DNA of 63,520 bases, counting the filler. It is 5 parts of 5 records of this genome, joined end to end, with 100 filler letters (N's around TTAATTAATTAA, not from the genome) between each part and the next. Parts side by side here need not be neighbours in the genome. Positions count along the whole stretch, not along the records: positions 58,275 to 63,520 come from SRR31156797_12821; 4 more parts are not named here. One strand, given 5' to 3'. Below, piece after piece: positions 58,275 to 63,520 of this stretch; position 1 is the first letter of the stretch, and each line of letters starts with the position of its first letter. A program made the position numbers and the translations under genes. The notes under the pieces were generated by a model, which worked only from the letters and a program-made list of their open reading frames with translations, was not told where the DNA came from and did no database searches.

Positions 58275-59078
58275 ATCAACATGGCCCATGGCGAGTTGGT
58301 CATGCTCGGCGCCTACACCACCTTCGTCGTCCAGGAAGCTTTCCGGCACTATCTACCGGCGGGATTCGACTATTCGTTGGCTGTGGCGGTGCCCGCCGCG
58401 TTTCTGATATCGGGTCTGGTCGGCATCGCGCTGGAACGCGGCGTCATCCGATTTCTGTACGGACGACCGCTGGAAACCCTGCTGGCGACCTGGGGCATCA
58501 GCCTGATCCTGCAGCAAACGGTGCGCAGCATCTTCGGCCCGACCAACCGCGAGGTCGGCAGCCCGTCCTGGATGAGCGGTGCCTACGAGACGGCCAGCGG
58601 CCTGGTGCTGACCTATAACCGGATCACCATCATCGTCTTCAGCCTGCTGGTCATCGGCGCCATCGCCCTGGTCCTGCGCAAGACGTCGCTGGGCCTGCAC
58701 ATGCGGGCCGTCACCCAGAACCGGCGAATGGCCGGGGCGATGGGGATCCGGACCGGACGGGTCGACGCGCTGACCTTCGGCCTGGGATCGGGCATTGCCG
58801 GCGTCGCCGGGGTGGCGTTAAGCCAGATCGACAATGTGAGTCCGAATCTCGGTCAGGCCTATATCATCGATTCCTTCATGGTCGTCGTCTTCGGCGGCGT
58901 CGGCAACCTGTGGGGAACCCTGGTCGGCGCCTTCTCGCTCGGTATCGTCAACAAGTTCCTGGAACCCTATGCCGGTGCGGTGCTGGGCAAGATTCTGGTG
59001 CTGGTGGCGATCATCCTGTTCATCCAGAAGCGGCCGCGGGGTCTGTTCGCCCCGAAAGGCCGTGCGGTGGAGGCCTAG
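58275..59078 (+). CDS. urtB: Urea ABC transporter permease UrtB, 5'-truncated
   Basis: INMAHGELVMLGAY, YGRPLETLLATWG and QKRPRGLF motifs. Confidence 0.92.
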   Translation: MNMAHGELVMLGAYTTFVVQEAFRHYLPAGFDYSLAVAVPAAFLISGLVGIALERGVIRFLYGRPLETLLATWGISLILQQTVRSIFGPTNREVGSPSWMSGAYETASGLVLTYNRITIIVFSLLVIGAIALVLRKTSLGLHMRAVTQNRRMAGAMGIRTGRVDALTFGLGSGIAGVAGVALSQIDNVSPNLGQAYIIDSFMVVVFGGVGNLWGTLVGAFSLGIVNKFLEPYAGAVLGKILVLVAIILFIQKRPRGLFAPKGRAVEA

Positions 59079-59081
59079 GCC

Positions 59082-60251
59082 ATGGAGCGCGCGAACGGCA
59101 GCTTCGTTTCGGCGATCGTCGGCGACGCCGGCGGCCGTGTCGTGCTAGCCGTGTTGATCGCAGCCGCGGTCCTGGTGCCGGTGCTCAATCTGGTGGTGCC
59201 GGAAGCATCGGGCTTCCATGTGCCGAATTATGTCGTCGGCCTGCTCGGCAAGTACCTGGCCTTCGCACTGCTGGCGCTGAGCGTCGATCTGATCTGGGGT
59301 TTCGCTGGCATCTTGAGCCTCGGCCACGGGGCGTTCTTTGCGCTCGGCGGCTACGCCATGGGCATGCACCTGATGCGCCAGATCGGCGAGCGCGGCGTCT
59401 ACGGCAATGCGATCCTGCCCGACTTCATGGTCTTCCTGAACTGGAAGGAACTGCCCTGGTACTGGTATGGGTTCGACAGCTTCGCCTTCGCCGTCCTGAT
59501 GGTGGTGCTGGTTCCCGGCGCCCTGGCGCTGGCCTTCGGCTGGTTCGCCTTTCGCTCGCGGGTGACAGGGGTCTATCTGTCGATCATCACCCAGGCGATG
59601 ACGTTTGCCCTGATGCTGGCGTTCTTTCGCAACGACATGGGATTCGGCGGCAACAACGGCCTGACCGATTTCAAGGACATCCTGGGCTTCAACCTGCAGG
59701 CCGATGAAACGCGCGCCGCCCTGTTCGCGGCGACGGCGATTTCGCTGGCGCTCGGATACGCCCTGTGCCGCCTGATCGTCGCTTCGAAACTGGGCCGCGT
59801 GCTGAAGGCGATCCGCGACGCCGAAGGCCGCGTTCGTTTCCTCGGCTACCGGGTCGAATTCTACAAGCTGTTCGTCTTCGTCGTTTCCGCCATGCTGGCC
59901 GGTATTGCCGGGGCGCTTTACGTGCCGCAGGTCGGGATCATCAATCCGAGCGAATTCATCCCGGCCAATTCCATCGAGATCATCGTCTGGGTCGCGGTCG
60001 GGGGGCGCGGCTCGTTGCACGGGGCGATATTGGGCGCGGTCCTGGTCAACTATGCCAAGACCTATCTGACCGGTGCCCTGCCCGATGTCTGGCTGTTCGC
60101 TTTGGGCGGACTGTTCGTTGCCGTCACCCTGTTCCTGCCGAAGGGAATCGTCGGCACCATCCCGGCCTGGAATGCCGGAGGCGGCGGCACAACGATCCTG
60201 CAACGTCTGGTTCCGGCTCGATTGCGTGCCCGCCTGGGAGTGACGCCATGA
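59082..60251 (+). CDS. urtC: Urea ABC transporter permease UrtC
   Basis: GILSLGHG, LPDFM, GVYLSIITQA and GGNNGLTDFK motifs. Confidence 0.93.
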   Translation: MERANGSFVSAIVGDAGGRVVLAVLIAAAVLVPVLNLVVPEASGFHVPNYVVGLLGKYLAFALLALSVDLIWGFAGILSLGHGAFFALGGYAMGMHLMRQIGERGVYGNAILPDFMVFLNWKELPWYWYGFDSFAFAVLMVVLVPGALALAFGWFAFRSRVTGVYLSIITQAMTFALMLAFFRNDMGFGGNNGLTDFKDILGFNLQADETRAALFAATAISLALGYALCRLIVASKLGRVLKAIRDAEGRVRFLGYRVEFYKLFVFVVSAMLAGIAGALYVPQVGIINPSEFIPANSIEIIVWVAVGGRGSLHGAILGAVLVNYAKTYLTGALPDVWLFALGGLFVAVTLFLPKGIVGTIPAWNAGGGGTTILQRLVPARLRARLGVTP

Positions 60252-61015
60252 GCGAATTGCACGCCGATGCGCAAAAGAACGACACCATCCTTTATCTCGA
60301 CGGCATTTCGGTCAGCTTCGACGGCTTCAAGGCCTTGAACAGTTTGAGCTTCTATGTCCTGGCCGGCGAGCTTCGGGCCATCATCGGCCCCAACGGCGCC
60401 GGCAAGACGACGATGATGGACGTCGTCACCGGCAAGACCCGGCCCGACGAAGGCCAGGTCGTGTTCAACGGCGGTGTCGATTTGACGGCACTGGACGAAG
60501 CACGCATCGCCAACCTGGGGATCGGCCGCAAGTTCCAGAAACCGACCGTTTTCGAAAACCAGACCGTGTTCGAGAATCTGGAACTGGCCTTGAGCGGCAA
60601 CCGCGGGATTTTCGAAGCCCTGATGTTCCGGTTGAGCACCGAACAGTCGGACCGCATCGATCAGACGCTCGAAACCGTCGGCCTGGACAACCGGCGGGAA
60701 ACCCTGGCCGGCGATCTGTCACACGGTCAGAAACAGTGGCTGGAAATCGGCATGCTGTTGATGCAGGACCCACATCTGCTGCTGGTCGACGAACCGGCCG
60801 CCGGCATGACCGACGCCGAGACCGAACAGACCGCCCAATTGTTGAAACAGATCGCCGGTGAAAGATCGGTCGTCGTCGTCGAACACGATATGGAGTTCGT
60901 GAAATCCCTCGGCAGCCGGGTGACGGTCCTGCACGAAGGATCGGTACTGGCGGAAGGGTCGTTGGATACCGTGCAAAACGACCAGCGCGTGGTCGAAGTC
61001 TATTTGGGGCGCTAA
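60248..61015 (+). CDS. urtD: Urea ABC transporter ATP-binding protein UrtD
   Basis: SFDGFKAL, GPNGAGKT and LSHGQKQWLEIGM motifs; ATGA overlap with urtC. Confidence 0.93.
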   Translation: MSELHADAQKNDTILYLDGISVSFDGFKALNSLSFYVLAGELRAIIGPNGAGKTTMMDVVTGKTRPDEGQVVFNGGVDLTALDEARIANLGIGRKFQKPTVFENQTVFENLELALSGNRGIFEALMFRLSTEQSDRIDQTLETVGLDNRRETLAGDLSHGQKQWLEIGMLLMQDPHLLLVDEPAAGMTDAETEQTAQLLKQIAGERSVVVVEHDMEFVKSLGSRVTVLHEGSVLAEGSLDTVQNDQRVVEVYLGR

Positions 61016-61018
61016 ATC

Positions 61019-61714
61019 ATGCTGGCGGTTGAGGATATCGATCTGTTCTACGGGGCCAGCCGGGCTTTGCGGCAGGTCGGTCTATCGGCCGAAAAGGCAC
61101 AGGTGACCTGCGTCATGGGCCGCAACGGGGTCGGCAAGACAAGCCTGCTGCGCGCCGTCGTCGGACAGCAGCCGGTGCAGGCCGGCCGCATCGTCTGGGA
61201 GGATGAAGACATCACGGCGCTGCCGCCCCACGAGCGTGCCAAGCGCGGCATCGCCTTCGTGCCGCAAGGCCGCGAGATCTTTCCGCTGCTGAGCGTCGAG
61301 GAAAACCTGCAGACCGGGTTCGCGCCGTTGCCGCGCGCACTCCAACATGTACCTGACGAAGTGTTCGACCTGTTCCCGGTCCTGCGCGACATGCTGGGGC
61401 GTAGGGGAGGCGATTTGTCGGGCGGGCAACAACAACAACTGGCGATCGCCCGGGCCCTGGTGACGCGGCCGCGCCTGCTGGTTCTGGACGAACCGACCGA
61501 AGGCATTCAGCCGTCGATCATCAAGGACATCGAGCGCGTCATCCGCCTGCTGGTCGGACGCGGCGACATGGCCATTCTGCTGGTCGAGCAGTATTTCGAT
61601 TTCGCGCGCGCCCTGGCCGACAGCTTCGCCGTCATGGATCGCGGCGAGGTGGTGCTGGCCGGACTGGGCGCTGATATGATCGAGGAAGACGTGCGTCGTT
61701 TCCTGACGGTTTGA
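61019..61714 (+). CDS. urtE: Urea ABC transporter ATP-binding protein UrtE
   Basis: GRNGVGKT, VPQGREIF, LSGGQQQQLAI and DEPTEGIQPSII motifs. Confidence 0.93.
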   Translation: MLAVEDIDLFYGASRALRQVGLSAEKAQVTCVMGRNGVGKTSLLRAVVGQQPVQAGRIVWEDEDITALPPHERAKRGIAFVPQGREIFPLLSVEENLQTGFAPLPRALQHVPDEVFDLFPVLRDMLGRRGGDLSGGQQQQLAIARALVTRPRLLVLDEPTEGIQPSIIKDIERVIRLLVGRGDMAILLVEQYFDFARALADSFAVMDRGEVVLAGLGADMIEEDVRRFLTV

Positions 61715-61721
61715 GGCTCCG

Positions 61722-62329
<608 letters not shown>

Positions 62330-62333
<4 letters not shown>

Positions 62334-63016
62334 GATCTGAACAACCTCGTGTATTGGGTTTCGTGTTTCATCGACATCCAGTCGACCATGACGGCGGCCG
62401 AACCGAGATCGTCGAGGGTTTGATGGATGACCTGTTCGGCCATATCCAGGATGACCGGTTCGAGGGCAGCGACCGATCGCTGCCCGTCGGTTTGGCCCAG
62501 CGGCACCAGGCGAACGGCGGCCGAAACCAGATTGGCCGCCAACGCTTGCAGATAGGCGACCACCGTTGCCTTGAGATCGATGCCGGCGGCGGCCGCAGCG
62601 ATGCCGACGGCAATGCAATAGGCCGGTGACAGGCCTTGTTCTTCCAACAGGGTACGGCGTTCGGTTAGCACAGGATGGGGCCAGACGGTATCGACGGTTG
62701 CCAGGAAGCTGGCGCCCTGGGCATCGCTTTCGAGCGCCATCTCGGCCGTGCCGCGCAAGGCGCCCGCCAGTTCCGTCAGGTTTATCAGGTTTTCGTCGTC
62801 AGCCCGCCAGGCATGGCAAAGCAGGATGGCGTCGTTGCGCCCGGCACCATGGGCCAGGACGGCGGTGACCCATTCGATCAGGCCATCGCGATCCGCCACC
62901 AGGCCTTCCTCGACGGCGTATTCCAGCCCGTGCGAATAGGTAAACGCGCCGATCGGAAAGGCCGGCGACAGCCAAGCCATCAGGCGGGCCAGATCGCGAT
63001 CAGTGGTCGTGGTCAT
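62330..63016 (-). CDS. ureF: Urease accessory protein UreF
   Basis: [30 protein letters not shown] and [11 protein letters not shown] motifs. Confidence 0.95.
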
Positions 63017-63485
63017 GGCCACCTCCATGTCCGTGGCCGTGCTCTTTGTTGTCGGCATAGGCGCCCGATTCCGGATTGAACGGGGCGACATGGCGGACCG
63101 CCTCGGCCCCCAATCCCTGCGCCATGTCGATCAGGACATGGTCATCGGCGATGCGAATGACGCCGCCGGAGCGGATTTCGGCCGGCGTATGGCGGTTGCC
63201 GATATGCCAGGCAACGCGGGCGGCGAGTTCGGCCGAACCGCAGTGAAGATCGGCCACGGCCTCGGCCTTGGCGCGCACGGCGATAAACCTGCCGCCGTCC
63301 AGTTCCAGGCCGTCGCTGTCGGCCATCCGCGTGGCTTCGGCAAGATCGAGCAGGAACGGCTCTCCGGCGTCGTCGGTCAGACGAATGCGCCGGCGGTGGC
63401 GTTCGTCGTGGACCAAACTGACCGTTGCGATCTGTTTATCCGACGACCAGGAACCGGCGGCGTGATGGGTTATGGCGCGTCGCAT
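63000..63485 (-). CDS. ureE: Urease accessory nickel chaperone UreE
   Basis: RHRRR, AWHIGNRH, DHV and FNPESGAY motifs; His-rich tail. Confidence 0.95.
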   Translation of the reverse strand: MRRAITHHAAGSWSSDKQIATVSLVHDERHRRRIRLTDDAGEPFLLDLAEATRMADSDGLELDGGRFIAVRAKAEAVADLHCGSAELAARVAWHIGNRHTPAEIRSGGVIRIADDHVLIDMAQGLGAEAVRHVAPFNPESGAYADNKEHGHGHGGGHDHDH

Positions 63486-63520
63486 GGTCTAAGAGATCCT
63501 CGCATTAAAACGCAGCCGAG

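Noticed and set aside
59765-60247. Long N-terminal extensions in the ORF track (urtD; also ureG, ureF, 20170, 28080, 52239, 8026)
   Set aside because: They overlap upstream genes; downstream ATGs with an RBS or translational coupling give family-typical lengths.

Overview
The window is not one locus. It joins five unrelated contigs with 100-nt N/TTAATTAATTAA spacers (16293-16392, 36218-36317, 48342-48441, 58175-58274). (1) 1-16292 is very AT-rich and probably from Campylobacterota (Arcobacter-like; inferred). It holds a complete ~15.9-kb integrative element inserted in the anticodon loop of tRNA-Leu(GAG). The host tRNA is left split in two halves, and the element carries its own full-length, recoded tRNA-Leu(GAG) behind the host promoter. 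Cargo includes a Ser/Thr kinase-SIR2-CoiA-like nuclease operon (candidate anti-phage system), a second tyrosine recombinase beside an oriT-like hairpin, PLD and PD-(D/E)XK nucleases, a J-domain gene behind a ~290-nt fold-back, and an XRE/lipoprotein module. (2) 16393-36217 is Desulfobacterota-like: a sugar-tailoring/glycosylation cluster, a CoA transferase, clpB-hsp20-htpX-degP, a methyltransferase and DUF401. (3) 36318-48341 is a type 3 BREX locus without brxHII, with an AlbA_2/Schlafen-domain gene inserted. (4) 48442-58174 has a hybrid kinase, a DUF169-CoaE fusion, DUF2889(-PHP) genes, a FadR regulator, a TRAP transporter and CoA transferases. (5) 58275-63520 is high-GC, with urtBCDE convergent on ureEFG. 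All family calls come from motif recognition by eye; no searches were run.
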